In this document: positions 1-8,638 of the stretch, piece by piece | How the letters are laid out: each line of letters begins with the position of its first letter | Position numbering within the stretch: the first letter of the stretch is position 1 | NCBI RefSeq assembly: GCF_000023205.1 | Contig: NC_012803.1 | Span: 1,920,001 to 1,952,000 of the forward strand | Direction of reading: 5' to 3' | DNA from: Micrococcus luteus NCTC 2665 | Lineage (GTDB): Bacteria > Actinomycetota > Actinomycetes > Actinomycetales > Micrococcaceae | Length of the DNA: 32,000 nucleotides | Notes under the pieces: generated by a model | What the model saw: only the letters and a program-made list of their open reading frames with translations | The model's database searches: none | Told to the model about the DNA's origin: nothing | Made by a program: the position numbers and the translations under genes

Positions 1-260
1 AGGGTGTCGATCTCCAGCCACTCCGGCCCCACGTAGCGGTAGAAGTCGGCCAGGTCCGGGGCGAGGGGCTCCTCGGCGGCCCACTCGATGGGCTCCTGCC
101 GGCTCAGCCGGCCGAACGGGGCCAGGGCGTCCCGGGCGGCCAGCAGGTCCTCGGCCGAGAGACGGGGCCGGCCGCCCGGCTCGGCGCCCGGGCCGGGGGC
201 CGTCCCGGTGGAGTCGCGGAGGGCCGGGCGATGTCCGTGGGCGGGGGGCACGCGGGTCAT
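1..260 (-). CDS. hypothetical protein, N-terminal part only (gene continues past the left edge)
   Basis: Absent from the supplied ORF track because the window edge truncates it. A reverse-strand ATG (260..258) opens a stop-free frame to position 1: MTRVPPAHGHRPALRDSTGTAPGPGAEPGGRPRLSAEDLLAARDALAPFGRLSRQEPIEWAAEEPLAPDLADFYRYVGPEWLEIDT... Third codon positions are GC-rich. A TAGCCT hexamer lies 6 nt upstream of the ATG. No protein family recognised. Confidence 0.45.
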   Translation of the reverse strand, partial: MTRVPPAHGHRPALRDSTGTAPGPGAEPGGRPRLSAEDLLAARDALAPFGRLSRQEPIEWAAEEPLAPDLADFYRYVGPEWLEIDT

Positions 261-266
261 GGCCCC

Positions 267-272
267 AGGCTA
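267..272 (-). promoter_or_regulatory. -10-like hexamer TAGCCT (TANNNT) 6 nt upstream of the ATG at 260; leaderless-type promoter candidate
   Basis: The plus strand reads aggcta at 267-272, which is TAGCCT on the minus strand. The spacer is ggggcc, followed by ATG. Confidence 0.35.
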
Positions 273-361
273 GGCAGGCGGCTCAGCGGCGCGGAGGACG
301 GGACGGCGACGGGGGCGTGACCGTCCGATGAAGCCTGCATGACGGCTGCGCGTCCGCCACA

Positions 362-1231
362 ATGGACCCCATGCCCCCCACCGCCCGCGCCCCGCGCCAC
401 CTCCCCTCGTGGACGTGGTGGCTGGCGCTGGCCGCGTGCGTGGCCGGCGTCGTGCTGGTCTACGCCGCCCTGGTGTGGTCCTCCGCCGGCCAGGTGCTCG
501 AGTACCAGGTGTTCCGCGCCGTCGAGGAGCGCTACGCGGACACCGTGCCGGACGTGGCCTCCCAGGTGGTGCGGATCCTGCCGCTCGGGCTGGCGGTCGG
601 CATGGCGCTGGCCTCGCTCGGCGCGCTCGCCGTGGCCCGGTGGCGGCGGCGGGGGCTGCTCGCCCTCGTCGTGCTGGTCGGGTCCAACCTCACCACGCAG
701 CTGCTCAAGGCGGCGCTTCCGCGGCCCGAGCACGCCGACGGGGTCCCGTGGTCCGGCGGCAACTCACTGCCCTCGGGCCACATGACGCTCGCGACGGGCG
801 CCGCGGTGGCCGCGCTGCTGCTCGTGCCCGCCCGGTGGCGACCTCTCACCATCGTCCTCGGCGCCGTGGTCAGCGCCTGCACCGGCGCCGTCGCCTACAC
901 GGAGGCCTGGCACCGGCCGTCGGACATGGCCGCCGCGGCGCTCGTGTCCGCCGCCTGGGGGCTGCTCGCCGTGCCGTTCACCCGGTACGACGGCGCACCG
1001 CGGCCCGCACCGCGCGGCGCCCGCGGCGTGGAGGCCACGCTCTGGTCCCTGGGCGTCGCGGGCCTGGCGGCCGGGTTGACGCTGCTGGCCCTCACCCTCG
1101 ACACCCCCGCGACCAGCGGCGCCGGCCCCCACCCGGCGGCCGAGCCGGCCGGGATCCTGCTCAGCGCCTCCCCCACGGTCCTGCTGTGGGGCGCGCTCGG
1201 CACGGCCTTCCGCCGCGGCCGCGCGGACTGA
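362..1231 (+). CDS. PAP2-superfamily (phosphatidic acid phosphatase type 2-like) integral membrane phosphatase
   Basis: 289-aa ORF with several hydrophobic segments. It carries PAP2-like motifs in the right order: LKAALPRPEH (K..RP), LPSGHMT (PSGH) and AWHRPSDMAAA (H...D). The start is ambiguous (ATG 362 or ATG 371). Confidence 0.65.
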   Translation: MDPMPPTARAPRHLPSWTWWLALAACVAGVVLVYAALVWSSAGQVLEYQVFRAVEERYADTVPDVASQVVRILPLGLAVGMALASLGALAVARWRRRGLLALVVLVGSNLTTQLLKAALPRPEHADGVPWSGGNSLPSGHMTLATGAAVAALLLVPARWRPLTIVLGAVVSACTGAVAYTEAWHRPSDMAAAALVSAAWGLLAVPFTRYDGAPRPAPRGARGVEATLWSLGVAGLAAGLTLLALTLDTPATSGAGPHPAAEPAGILLSASPTVLLWGALGTAFRRGRAD

Positions 1232-1255
1232 CCCCTCCCCGCACGCCCACCAGAC

Positions 1256-1316
1256 GACGAGCCCTGCGATGTGGCGGCCATCCGCGAGGAATGGCCGCCA
1301 CATCGCAGGGCTCGTC
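1256..1316. terminator. perfect 26-bp inverted repeat with a 9-nt loop, between convergent genes; candidate bidirectional intrinsic terminator
   Basis: The left arm gacgagccctgcgatgtggcggccat (1256-1281) is the exact reverse complement of the right arm atggccgccacatcgcagggctcgtc (1291-1316). The loop is ccgcgagga. It lies 25 nt after the PAP2 stop and 31 nt after the E2 stop. There is no U-tract. Confidence 0.6.
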
Positions 1317-1346
1317 AGGGGCTGAGGCGGGCCGGGATCGTCCGGA

Positions 1347-2837
1347 TCAGAACCGGGCGAGGGCCGCCGTCGGATCGTGGAGGCAGTCCGCCACGAACGT
1401 GAGGAACGCGCTCGCGGTGGCGCCGTCGGTGACGCGGTGGTCGAAGGTCACGGTCATCTCGGTGACCTTGCGGACCACGATCTCCCCGTCCACGACCCAC
1501 GGGCGGTCGATGATCCGGCCGATGCCGAGCATCCCGACCTCGGGCACGTTGATGATCGGCGTGGCGCCGTCCGTGCCCAGCGGGCCGTAGTTGTTCAGCG
1601 TGAACGTGCCGCGGGTGAGCTCGGCCGGGGCGGCCCGGCCCGCGCGGGCGCGGCTGACGGTGTCGTTGATGGCGGCGGTGAGCTCGTCCGCGGACAGCTT
1701 CTCCGCGTGCTCGACCGACGGCACCATGAGGCCGCGGTCGGTCTGCACGGCCAGGCCGAGGTGGACGCCGTCGACCTCCACGATCTCGTCCCTGCCGTCC
1801 GCCCCCGCCTCGATGCGCGCGTTCATCACCGGGTACCGGCGCAGGCCGGCCAGGGTGAAGCGGGCGATCAGGCCGAGCAGCGAGGGCGCGTTCTCCGGGT
1901 CCTTCGCCTTGAGCGCGGCCCGCAGCTCGAGCAGGGCGGTGACGTCGACGTCCAGCCACGCCGTGACCTCCGGGACCTCGCGGCGCGAGCGGGAGAGCTG
2001 GTCCGCGATCACCTTGCGCACCCCCGTGATCGGGGTGCGGGCGACGACGGCCAGGCCGGTCCGCCCGTCCACGGCGCCCGGCTGCGCGGCGGCCCCGGCC
2101 GCCGGGGCGGCGGCGGCCGACGGCGCCGGGGTCGGGGCGGCCTGCGGGGTGGAGCCCTCGGCCGCGGTGAGCACGTCGGCGCGGGTGATCAGGCCGTCCG
2201 GGCCCGTGCCGGTCAGCGCGGCCACGTCCACGCCCTTCTCGCGGGCGAGCTTGCGGACGATCGGGGAGGTCACGCGCGGGGCGCCGGCCTCGGCCGTGGG
2301 GGCCGGCGTCGGGCGGGTGGCGCCGCGGCCGCGCTTGGACGGACGACTGCGGGAGGTGGCCTTGTGGCCGGAGGTGCCGTAGCCGATGAGCACGGCGCCG
2401 GAGGCCTCGTCGTCGGAGCCGGCGACGTCGCCGTCGCCGCCGCGGGCCTTGTCCGGCTTCGGCTGGACGCCGGCCATCTCCTCCTCGCGGTAGCTCAGCG
2501 CGCCGGGGCGGGCGGCCTCGGCCGCGGCCGCACCGGTGGACGGTGGGACGGCGAGGGTCTCGGTGCCGGCGACGGGCGCGGAGCCCTCACCGGACTCGCC
2601 GGCCTCGCCGATGGTGATCAGCGGGCTGCCGACGTCCATCGTCTCGCCCTCGGCGCCGTGCAGGATCAGCACGGTGCCGGCGTACGGGCTCGGCACCTCG
2701 ACGAGGGCCTTGGCGGTCTCGACCTCGACCATGGGCTGGTCGACGGCCACGGTGTCGCCCTCGGCGACGAGCCAGCGGACGATGTCGGCCTCGGTCAGGC
2801 CCTCGCCCAGGTCGGGCAGCAGGAAGGTGTTGCTCAT
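1347..2837 (-). CDS. bkdC: 2-oxoacid dehydrogenase E2 component (dihydrolipoamide acyltransferase), bkd-type
   Basis: The N-terminal lipoyl domain reads MSNTFLLPDLGEGLTEADIVRWLV...VEVETAKALVEV. It is followed by an Ala/Pro-rich linker and an E3/E1-binding domain (SPIVRKLAREKGVDVAALTGTGPDGLITRADV). The catalytic domain carries DHRVTDG. Its start overlaps the E1beta stop as ATGA (2834-2837). Confidence 0.9.
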   Translation of the reverse strand: MSNTFLLPDLGEGLTEADIVRWLVAEGDTVAVDQPMVEVETAKALVEVPSPYAGTVLILHGAEGETMDVGSPLITIGEAGESGEGSAPVAGTETLAVPPSTGAAAAEAARPGALSYREEEMAGVQPKPDKARGGDGDVAGSDDEASGAVLIGYGTSGHKATSRSRPSKRGRGATRPTPAPTAEAGAPRVTSPIVRKLAREKGVDVAALTGTGPDGLITRADVLTAAEGSTPQAAPTPAPSAAAAPAAGAAAQPGAVDGRTGLAVVARTPITGVRKVIADQLSRSRREVPEVTAWLDVDVTALLELRAALKAKDPENAPSLLGLIARFTLAGLRRYPVMNARIEAGADGRDEIVEVDGVHLGLAVQTDRGLMVPSVEHAEKLSADELTAAINDTVSRARAGRAAPAELTRGTFTLNNYGPLGTDGATPIINVPEVGMLGIGRIIDRPWVVDGEIVVRKVTEMTVTFDHRVTDGATASAFLTFVADCLHDPTAALARF

Positions 2838-3883
2838 GCGCGGGCCTCCTCGGCGTCCAGGTCCCAGTTCAGGTCGTCGATCGCGTCCAGGATGCGGTCG
2901 ATGTTCGGCAGGTGGTGCTCCTCGAGCTTCGGCGCGGGGAACGGGATGTCGAAGCCGGTCACGCGGCCCACGGGCGCCGCCAGCGAGTGGAAGCAGCGCT
3001 GCTGGATCCGGGCCACCAGCTCGGAGGCCACGGACGCGAAGCCCTGCGGCTCGGCGACGACGACGGCGCGGCCGGTCTTGGCGACCGAGGCGGTCATCGT
3101 GTCCTCGTCCAGCGGGTTCACGGTGCGCAGGTCCACGACCTCCACCGCGAGCCCCTCCTCCGCGGCCGCGTGGGCGGCGGCGAGGCAGGTGGGGACGGAG
3201 GGGCCGTAGGAGACGAGGGTGACGTCCGTGCCCTCGCGGACGACGGCGGCGCGCGCCCAGGCCTCGCCGTGCTCCTTCTTGTCCTCGACGCGGGCCCAGC
3301 CCTCCTCGAACTCTTCGCGCAGCTGGTCGAGGTCGAGCTCGGCCTTGGTCCAGTACATCTTCTTGGGCTCCATGAAGACCACCGGATCGTCCAGACGGAT
3401 GGCCGAGCGCAGCATCATGTACGCGTCCTTCACCGAGGCCGGGGTGTACACCTTCAGGCCCGGGGTGTGCGCGTAGTAGGACTCGGAGGAGTCGCAGTGG
3501 TGCTCCACGCCGCCGATGCCGCCGCCGTAGGGGATGCGGATGGTGATCGGCATGGGCGTGGCGCCCTTGGTGCGGTTGCGCATCTTGGCCACGTGCGAGG
3601 CGATCTGCTCGAAGGCCGGGTATGCGAACGCGTCGAACTGCATCTCGATCACGGGGCGGGCGCCGCCGAGGGCCATGCCCACGGCCATGCCCGCGATGCC
3701 GGACTCGGCCAGCGGGGTGTCGAAGCAGCGCTCCTCGCCGAAGCGCGCGGTCAGCCCGTCCGTGATGCGGAAGACACCGCCGAGGGTGCCGACGTCCTCG
3801 CCGAACACCACCACCATGTCGTCGGCGGCCATCTCGTCGGCCAGCGCCGCGTTGAGCGCGGCGGCGAAGGTCAGGGTCGCCAT
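2834..3883 (-). CDS. bkdB: 2-oxoacid dehydrogenase E1 component, beta subunit
   Basis: 349 aa with the typical transketolase-like pyrimidine-binding and C-terminal domains (MATLTFAAALNAALADEM...VFGEDVG..GGVFR.T.GL...FGEERCFDTPLAESGI.G.A.GMAL). Positioned between E1alpha and E2. Confidence 0.9.
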   Translation of the reverse strand: MATLTFAAALNAALADEMAADDMVVVFGEDVGTLGGVFRITDGLTARFGEERCFDTPLAESGIAGMAVGMALGGARPVIEMQFDAFAYPAFEQIASHVAKMRNRTKGATPMPITIRIPYGGGIGGVEHHCDSSESYYAHTPGLKVYTPASVKDAYMMLRSAIRLDDPVVFMEPKKMYWTKAELDLDQLREEFEEGWARVEDKKEHGEAWARAAVVREGTDVTLVSYGPSVPTCLAAAHAAAEEGLAVEVVDLRTVNPLDEDTMTASVAKTGRAVVVAEPQGFASVASELVARIQQRCFHSLAAPVGRVTGFDIPFPAPKLEEHHLPNIDRILDAIDDLNWDLDAEEARA

Positions 3884-3885
3884 GC

Positions 3886-5088
3886 TCAGGCCTCCTGGTG
3901 CTCGGAACGGGACAGCTCCTCGGCCAGCTGCGCGCGCTGGGCGGCGAGCTGCGGGGTCTGCACGGAGTAGACGTGGTCGAACAGCTCGAGCGGATCGAGC
4001 TCCGTCTCGGCGTTCATGGCGTCACGCAGCTGCTGCGCGACGTCCTCGGCGTCGCGGGCGATCTGGGCCGAGACCTCCTCGGTGAGGGCGCCGGTGGACT
4101 CGAGGTAGGCGGTCATGCGGCGCAGCGGGTCGCGCGCCTCCCACTCCTTCACCTCGGCGTCGTCGCGGTAGCGCGAGGGGTCGTCCGTGTTGGTGTGCGC
4201 CTGCATGCGGTAGGTGTCCGCCTCCACGAGGAAGGGGCCCTGGCCCTGCCGGCACAGCTCCACGGCGCGGCCCAGCACGGCCAGCAGGGCGCCGAGGTCG
4301 TTGCCGTCCACGCGCTCGCCGGCCAGGCCGTAGCCCACGGCCTTGTGGGCCAGGGACGGGGCGGCCGACTGCTTGGCGAACGGCACGGAGATGGCGAACT
4401 TGTTGTTCTGCACGAAGAAGATCACCGGCAGCTTGAACACGGCCGCGAAGTTCAGCGCCTCGTGGAAGTCGCCCTCGGAGGTGCCGCCGTCGCCGACCAT
4501 GGCCAGGCACACGACCTCCTCGCCGCGCAGGCGGGCGGCCTTGGCCATCCCGACGGCGTGCAGCATCTGGGTGGTCAGGGGCGTGGACTGGATGGAGACG
4601 CGGTGCTTCTGGGGGTCGTAGCCCTGATGCCAGGTGCCCTGGTAGGCCACCATCACCTCGAGCGGCGGGACGCCGCGGGCGATCACGGCCACGGTGTCGC
4701 GGTAGGTCGGGAACAGCCAGTCGTCCTCGCCCAGGCAGACGGCGGCGGCGACCTCGGAGGCCTCCTGGCCGTGCGAGGACGGATAGACGGCCATGCGGCC
4801 CTGGCGCACCAGGGCGTAGGCCTGGTCGTTGACGCGGCGGCCGATGACGAGGTGGCGGTAGGCGGCCAGCAGCTCCTCGGCGGAGGGCAGCGGATACTCA
4901 TGGCCGGGCTCGGTGCCCTGCTCCTCCGGGGCCAGCAGAGTGCCGTCCTCGCCGATCAGCTGGATGCGGCGGGCGGCGGGGAGCAGGTACTCCTCGAGGG
5001 AGATGCCGAAGGCGGCGCCGGCGTTCGGGCGGGTCTCGGCCTCGTCGGTCCGGGCGGCCCCGGGTACGGCGGGGGTGGGGTCACTCAT
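3886..5088 (-). CDS. bkdA: 2-oxoacid dehydrogenase E1 component, alpha subunit (ThDP-dependent)
   Basis: ThDP-binding region ...CLAMVGDGGTSEGDFHEALNFAAVFKLPVIFFVQNNKFAIS... I chose the ATG at 5088 (MSDPTPAV...) because GAGAGGA sits just upstream. The track ORF extends to 5151 with an atypical N-terminus. Confidence 0.85.
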   Translation of the reverse strand: MSDPTPAVPGAARTDEAETRPNAGAAFGISLEEYLLPAARRIQLIGEDGTLLAPEEQGTEPGHEYPLPSAEELLAAYRHLVIGRRVNDQAYALVRQGRMAVYPSSHGQEASEVAAAVCLGEDDWLFPTYRDTVAVIARGVPPLEVMVAYQGTWHQGYDPQKHRVSIQSTPLTTQMLHAVGMAKAARLRGEEVVCLAMVGDGGTSEGDFHEALNFAAVFKLPVIFFVQNNKFAISVPFAKQSAAPSLAHKAVGYGLAGERVDGNDLGALLAVLGRAVELCRQGQGPFLVEADTYRMQAHTNTDDPSRYRDDAEVKEWEARDPLRRMTAYLESTGALTEEVSAQIARDAEDVAQQLRDAMNAETELDPLELFDHVYSVQTPQLAAQRAQLAEELSRSEHQEA

Positions 5089-5277
5089 GGCGGGTCCTCT
5101 CGATCTGTGGCCTTCAGTGTGCCCAAGAGGGTCAATGTGTCGCGCGCCCACCCGGAATCACGAGACGATCCGGCGCAGATCAGGCACTCCATCGGACGAA
5201 CTGCTATTGTGACTCGTGCCACGTAGACGGTCCGCCGCCGCGTGGCCGACCCCGTCCGCCCCGCCCCAGGAGGAGCC
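5089..5277. promoter_or_regulatory. divergent control region between the bkd operon and the Lrp-type regulator gene
   Basis: 189 bp, visibly less GC-rich than its surroundings. It contains TATTGT (5205-5210, plus strand) as a possible -10 and AGGAGG before the ATG at 5278. On the minus strand there is a TTGACC -35-like hexamer and GAGAGGA before the ATG at 5088. No exact operator identified. Confidence 0.4.
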
Positions 5278-5751
5278 ATGGCCGCCGAGCCGCTGGACCG
5301 CGTGGACCGCGCGATCGTCCGCGAACTGACGCGGGACGGGAGGATGTCCGTCGCGGCCCTGGCCGAGCGCGTGCACATCTCCCGCGCGCACTGCTACTCG
5401 CGCCTGAACCGCCTGCAGGACGCGGGCGTGATCACAGGCTTCACCGTGCGGGTCGACCCCGTCAAGGTCGGCTTCGGGGCCTCCGCCCACGTGACCATGA
5501 AGCTGCGTCAGCACGACTGGCGCGAGCTGCGCGCCACGCTCCTGGCCATCCCCGAGGTCTCCCACGTCTCCCTCGTGGGCGGGAACATGGACGTGATCCT
5601 GCTGGTCCGCGCGCGGGACACCGCCGACCTGCGCCGCGTGATCTTCGACGAACTGCAGACCCTGCCGAGCGTCGTCGACACGCAGACGTACATGGTCTTC
5701 GACGACCAGGCCTCCGGGCAGACCATCCCCCCGGACGAGACCGCCGACTGA
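5278..5751 (+). CDS. Lrp/AsnC-family transcriptional regulator (BkdR-like by position)
   Basis: The N-terminal HTH_AsnC region reads LDRVDRAIVRELTRDGRMSVAALAERVHISRAHCYSRLNRLQDAGVITGFTV, and a C-terminal RAM/AsnC_trans_reg-like domain follows. AGGAGG lies 6 nt upstream of the ATG at 5278. The gene is divergent from the bkd operon. Confidence 0.85.
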   Translation: MAAEPLDRVDRAIVRELTRDGRMSVAALAERVHISRAHCYSRLNRLQDAGVITGFTVRVDPVKVGFGASAHVTMKLRQHDWRELRATLLAIPEVSHVSLVGGNMDVILLVRARDTADLRRVIFDELQTLPSVVDTQTYMVFDDQASGQTIPPDETAD

Positions 5752-5772
5752 GCCGACGGTCCGGTGCCCCGG

Positions 5773-7071
5773 TCAGCGGGGGCGCACGACGACGGGCGGC
5801 GGGTCCGCCACGGCCCCCGGCCCGCGCGGCAGCACCGCGGCGAACACGACCGCTCCGACCCCGCAGACGACCGCGAGGGAGCCGACGCCGACGGCCAGCC
5901 CGGCCGCGGCGGTCGCTCCGGAGAGCAGCAGCGGCCCGGCGAGCATCCCCGCGTCGGACATCGAGCGCCACAGACCGAGGAACTGGGCGCGCGCGTTCGG
6001 CGGCGAGTGGTCCGCCGCGAGGGTCATCACGATCCCCGCGCCGAAGCCGTTGCCGATGCCCAGCAGCACCGCCGCCGCCGCGAACGCCGTCGGCTCCCGG
6101 GTGAGGCTGATCGCCAGGAACCCCGCCCCCAGCAGGGTCAGGCACGGCACCGCCACGGCGCGCCGGCCGAAGCGGTCCATGAGCCGACCCGAGGGGTAGA
6201 AGAGCAGCAGGTCCGCCGCGCCGGCCAGGCCGAAGACGAGCGACGCCGTCGCCGCGTCCAGGCCCAGGTGCGTGGCCCACAGCGGGATGACGGCGTTGCG
6301 CGCCGCGCGGGCGGCGGAGACGGCCACGACACCGAAGCCGGCCGTGAGCAACGCCCCGCGCCGGGCGCGCGCCACGTCCAGCAGCCGGGGTCGACCGGCC
6401 GGGGCGGACTGCTCCCCCGCCGCCGGACCGGACGCCGGCACCGGCAGATCCCGGATCCGCAGGCACAGCAGGGCGCCGACGGCCATGGCCGCGGCCGCCG
6501 CGGCGAACGCGCCGTCCAGCCCGAGCGGGGCCTGCGCGGCGGCGCCCAGGAACGGGCCCAGGAAGGTCCCGATCCGCACGGTCCCGCCGAGCGTGGACAT
6601 CGCGCGGGCCCGGTGCGTGGCCGGCACCGCCACCGCCAGGTACGCCTGGCGGGCCAGGTTGAACCCGGCCCCGGCCATGCCCACGGCGAGCACCGCGGCC
6701 AGGAACAGCGCCAGCCGCCCCGGCTCGGCCACCCCCGCCGCCGACGGCCCGGAGGACACCCCGGCCGTCGTCGCCCAGGCCAGGCCCGCGCCCGCCGTGC
6801 CGAGCACCGCGGAGACGACCATGGTGACCCGCTCACCCGCCCGGGCCGCGAGCGCCGAGGCCGGCCCGTTGGCCACGAGCGAGCCGAGCCCCACCAGCAG
6901 CACGACGGCGGCCGCCCGCGCCGCGTCCAGGCCGAGGGCCAGCGCCGCCACCGCGAGCGCGGGCGTCATCGCGCCCAGGCCGACGGCGTAGACGGTGGAG
7001 GGGGCGTAGATCTGCACGGCGTCGCGCAGCGCCTCCCGGGTGCGGGCGGCGGGGGCGGAGCGGGGACGCAT
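5773..7071 (-). CDS. MFS transporter (substrate unknown)
   Basis: 432 aa, roughly 12 hydrophobic segments, Ala/Gly/Leu-rich. It has MFS-like loop motifs (e.g. GRLMDRFGRR between predicted TM2 and TM3). Confidence 0.75.
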   Translation of the reverse strand: MRPRSAPAARTREALRDAVQIYAPSTVYAVGLGAMTPALAVAALALGLDAARAAAVVLLVGLGSLVANGPASALAARAGERVTMVVSAVLGTAGAGLAWATTAGVSSGPSAAGVAEPGRLALFLAAVLAVGMAGAGFNLARQAYLAVAVPATHRARAMSTLGGTVRIGTFLGPFLGAAAQAPLGLDGAFAAAAAAMAVGALLCLRIRDLPVPASGPAAGEQSAPAGRPRLLDVARARRGALLTAGFGVVAVSAARAARNAVIPLWATHLGLDAATASLVFGLAGAADLLLFYPSGRLMDRFGRRAVAVPCLTLLGAGFLAISLTREPTAFAAAAVLLGIGNGFGAGIVMTLAADHSPPNARAQFLGLWRSMSDAGMLAGPLLLSGATAAAGLAVGVGSLAVVCGVGAVVFAAVLPRGPGAVADPPPVVVRPR

Positions 7072-7078
7072 GCCCGCG

Positions 7079-7084
7079 AGCGTA
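7079..7084 (-). promoter_or_regulatory. -10-like hexamer TACGCT, 7 nt upstream of the MFS ATG (7071); leaderless-type promoter candidate
   Basis: The plus strand reads agcgta, which is TACGCT on the minus strand. The spacer is cgcgggc, followed by ATG. Confidence 0.4.
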
Positions 7085-7124
7085 GCGGGACTGCACGCGC
7101 GCCATCGTCGGGGGACCGGGTCAC

Positions 7125-7130
7125 TACGCT
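7125..7130 (+). promoter_or_regulatory. -10-like hexamer TACGCT, 6 nt upstream of the NCS2 permease ATG (7137); leaderless-type promoter candidate
   Basis: The sequence reads tcacTACGCTggtgccATG. It is the same hexamer as the divergent MFS promoter, so the two form an inverted repeat. Confidence 0.4.
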
Positions 7131-7136
7131 GGTGCC

Positions 7137-8627
7137 ATGGCCTCCCGCACCGCCTCTCCGCCGCCCTCGCCCGCCCCGTCCCCCGCCGCTCCCCGCGGCG
7201 CCCTGGACCGGTACTTCCGCATCACCGAGCGCGGCTCGTCGGTGGGCCAGGAGTTCCGCGGCGGCCTCGCCACGTTCCTGGCGATGAGCTACATCGTGGT
7301 GCTGAACCCGCTGATCCTGTCCGGGCCCGACTCGGCCGGGAACACCCTGGGCATCCCCGCCGTGGCCGCCGTGACCGCGCTCGTGGCGGGCGTCATGACC
7401 ATCGTCATGGGCGTGTGGGCGCGGCACCCGTTCGCGGTGGCCGCGGGCCTGGGCGTCTCCGCGTTCGTCTCCATCACCATCGCCACGACACCGGGACTCA
7501 CCTGGCCCCAGCTGATGGGCCTCGTCACCCTCGCCGGTCTCGTGATGCTGCTGCTCGTGGTGACCGGCTTCCGACGCGCCGTGTTCGACGCGGTCCCGGA
7601 GTCGCTGAAGTCCGGCATCGTGGTGGGCATCGGCCTGTTCATCGCGCTGATCGGCCTCGTCAACGCCGGGTTCGTGCGGCGGCTGCCGGACGCCGCCGAC
7701 ACCACGGTCCCGGTGGGCCTGGGCACGGGCGGCGAGCTCGAGGGCTGGCCCGTGCTGGTCTTCGTCGTCGGGCTGCTGCTGACCGCGGTCCTCGTGATCC
7801 GCAAGGTGCGCGGCGCCATCCTGATCGGCATCGTCGTGGCGACGATCCTCGCCAACGTGCTGGAGGCCGTGTTCCACATCGGCCCCTCCGTGGACGCCGA
7901 CGGGAACGCCGTGCCCACCGGCTGGTCCCTGATCGCCCCCTCCCTGCCCGAGTGGACCGCCCCGGACCTGCACCTGCTCGGCAGCGTGGACCTGTTCGGC
8001 GCCTTCACCTCCGTGGGCGGGCTGATGGCCTCCCTGCTCGTGTTCGCGATCCTGCTCTCCGTGTTCTTCGACGCGATGGGCGTCTCCGTGGGCCTGGCCC
8101 GCGAGGCCGGCACCGTGAACCCGGACGGTTCCATCCCCGACCTGAACCGGGTGCTCGCCGCGGACGCGCTCGCGGTCGCCGTGGGCGGCGGCGCCTCCGG
8201 CTCGGCGCACCAGATCTTCGTGGAGTCCGGCACCGGCATCGGCGAGGGCGCCCGGACCGGCCTGGCCTCCGTGTTCACCGGCCTGTTCTTCCTCGCGGCC
8301 GTGTTCCTCTCCCCGCTCATCCACCTCGTGCCGTTCGAGGCCGTGGCCCCCGCGCTCGTGGTGGTCGGGTTCATGATGTGCCAGCACGTGGTGCAGATCG
8401 ACTGGTCCGACCCGGGCGCGGCCTTCCCGGCGTTCCTCACGTTCATCCTCATGCCGTTCACCTACTCGATCGTCAACGGCATCGGCGCCGGCGTGGTGGC
8501 CTACGCGGTGATCCGCACGGGCCAGGGCCGCGGCCGCGAGGTGCACCCGCTGCTGTGGTTCGTGGCGCTCGCGTTCGTCACGTACTTCGGGCTCGGCGTG
8601 GTCCGGGCCTCGCTCGGCCTGAACTGA
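7137..8627 (+). CDS. NCS2-family (AzgA/PbuG-type) purine (adenine/guanine/hypoxanthine) permease
   Basis: 496 aa. The N-terminus is diagnostic: LDRYFRITERGSSVGQEFRGGLATFLAMSYIVVLNPLIL. The protein is multi-pass hydrophobic throughout. Confidence 0.85.
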   Translation: MASRTASPPPSPAPSPAAPRGALDRYFRITERGSSVGQEFRGGLATFLAMSYIVVLNPLILSGPDSAGNTLGIPAVAAVTALVAGVMTIVMGVWARHPFAVAAGLGVSAFVSITIATTPGLTWPQLMGLVTLAGLVMLLLVVTGFRRAVFDAVPESLKSGIVVGIGLFIALIGLVNAGFVRRLPDAADTTVPVGLGTGGELEGWPVLVFVVGLLLTAVLVIRKVRGAILIGIVVATILANVLEAVFHIGPSVDADGNAVPTGWSLIAPSLPEWTAPDLHLLGSVDLFGAFTSVGGLMASLLVFAILLSVFFDAMGVSVGLAREAGTVNPDGSIPDLNRVLAADALAVAVGGGASGSAHQIFVESGTGIGEGARTGLASVFTGLFFLAAVFLSPLIHLVPFEAVAPALVVVGFMMCQHVVQIDWSDPGAAFPAFLTFILMPFTYSIVNGIGAGVVAYAVIRTGQGRGREVHPLLWFVALAFVTYFGLGVVRASLGLN

Positions 8628-8638
8628 CCCGCCACCCC

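Noticed and set aside
409-1590. A 393-aa plus-strand ORF overlapping the PAP2 gene in another frame and reading through the hairpin into the E2 gene region.
   Set aside because: Its composition is extreme in Arg/Gly/Pro/Ala. It crosses a convergent-gene terminator palindrome. The overlapping 362..1231 frame carries the PAP2 motifs and the hydrophobic segments.
7072-7136. A possible purine riboswitch upstream of the NCS2 purine permease.
   Set aside because: The intergenic region is only 65 bp, and a -10-like box sits 6 nt before the ATG. That leaves no room for a ~70-nt aptamer plus expression platform.
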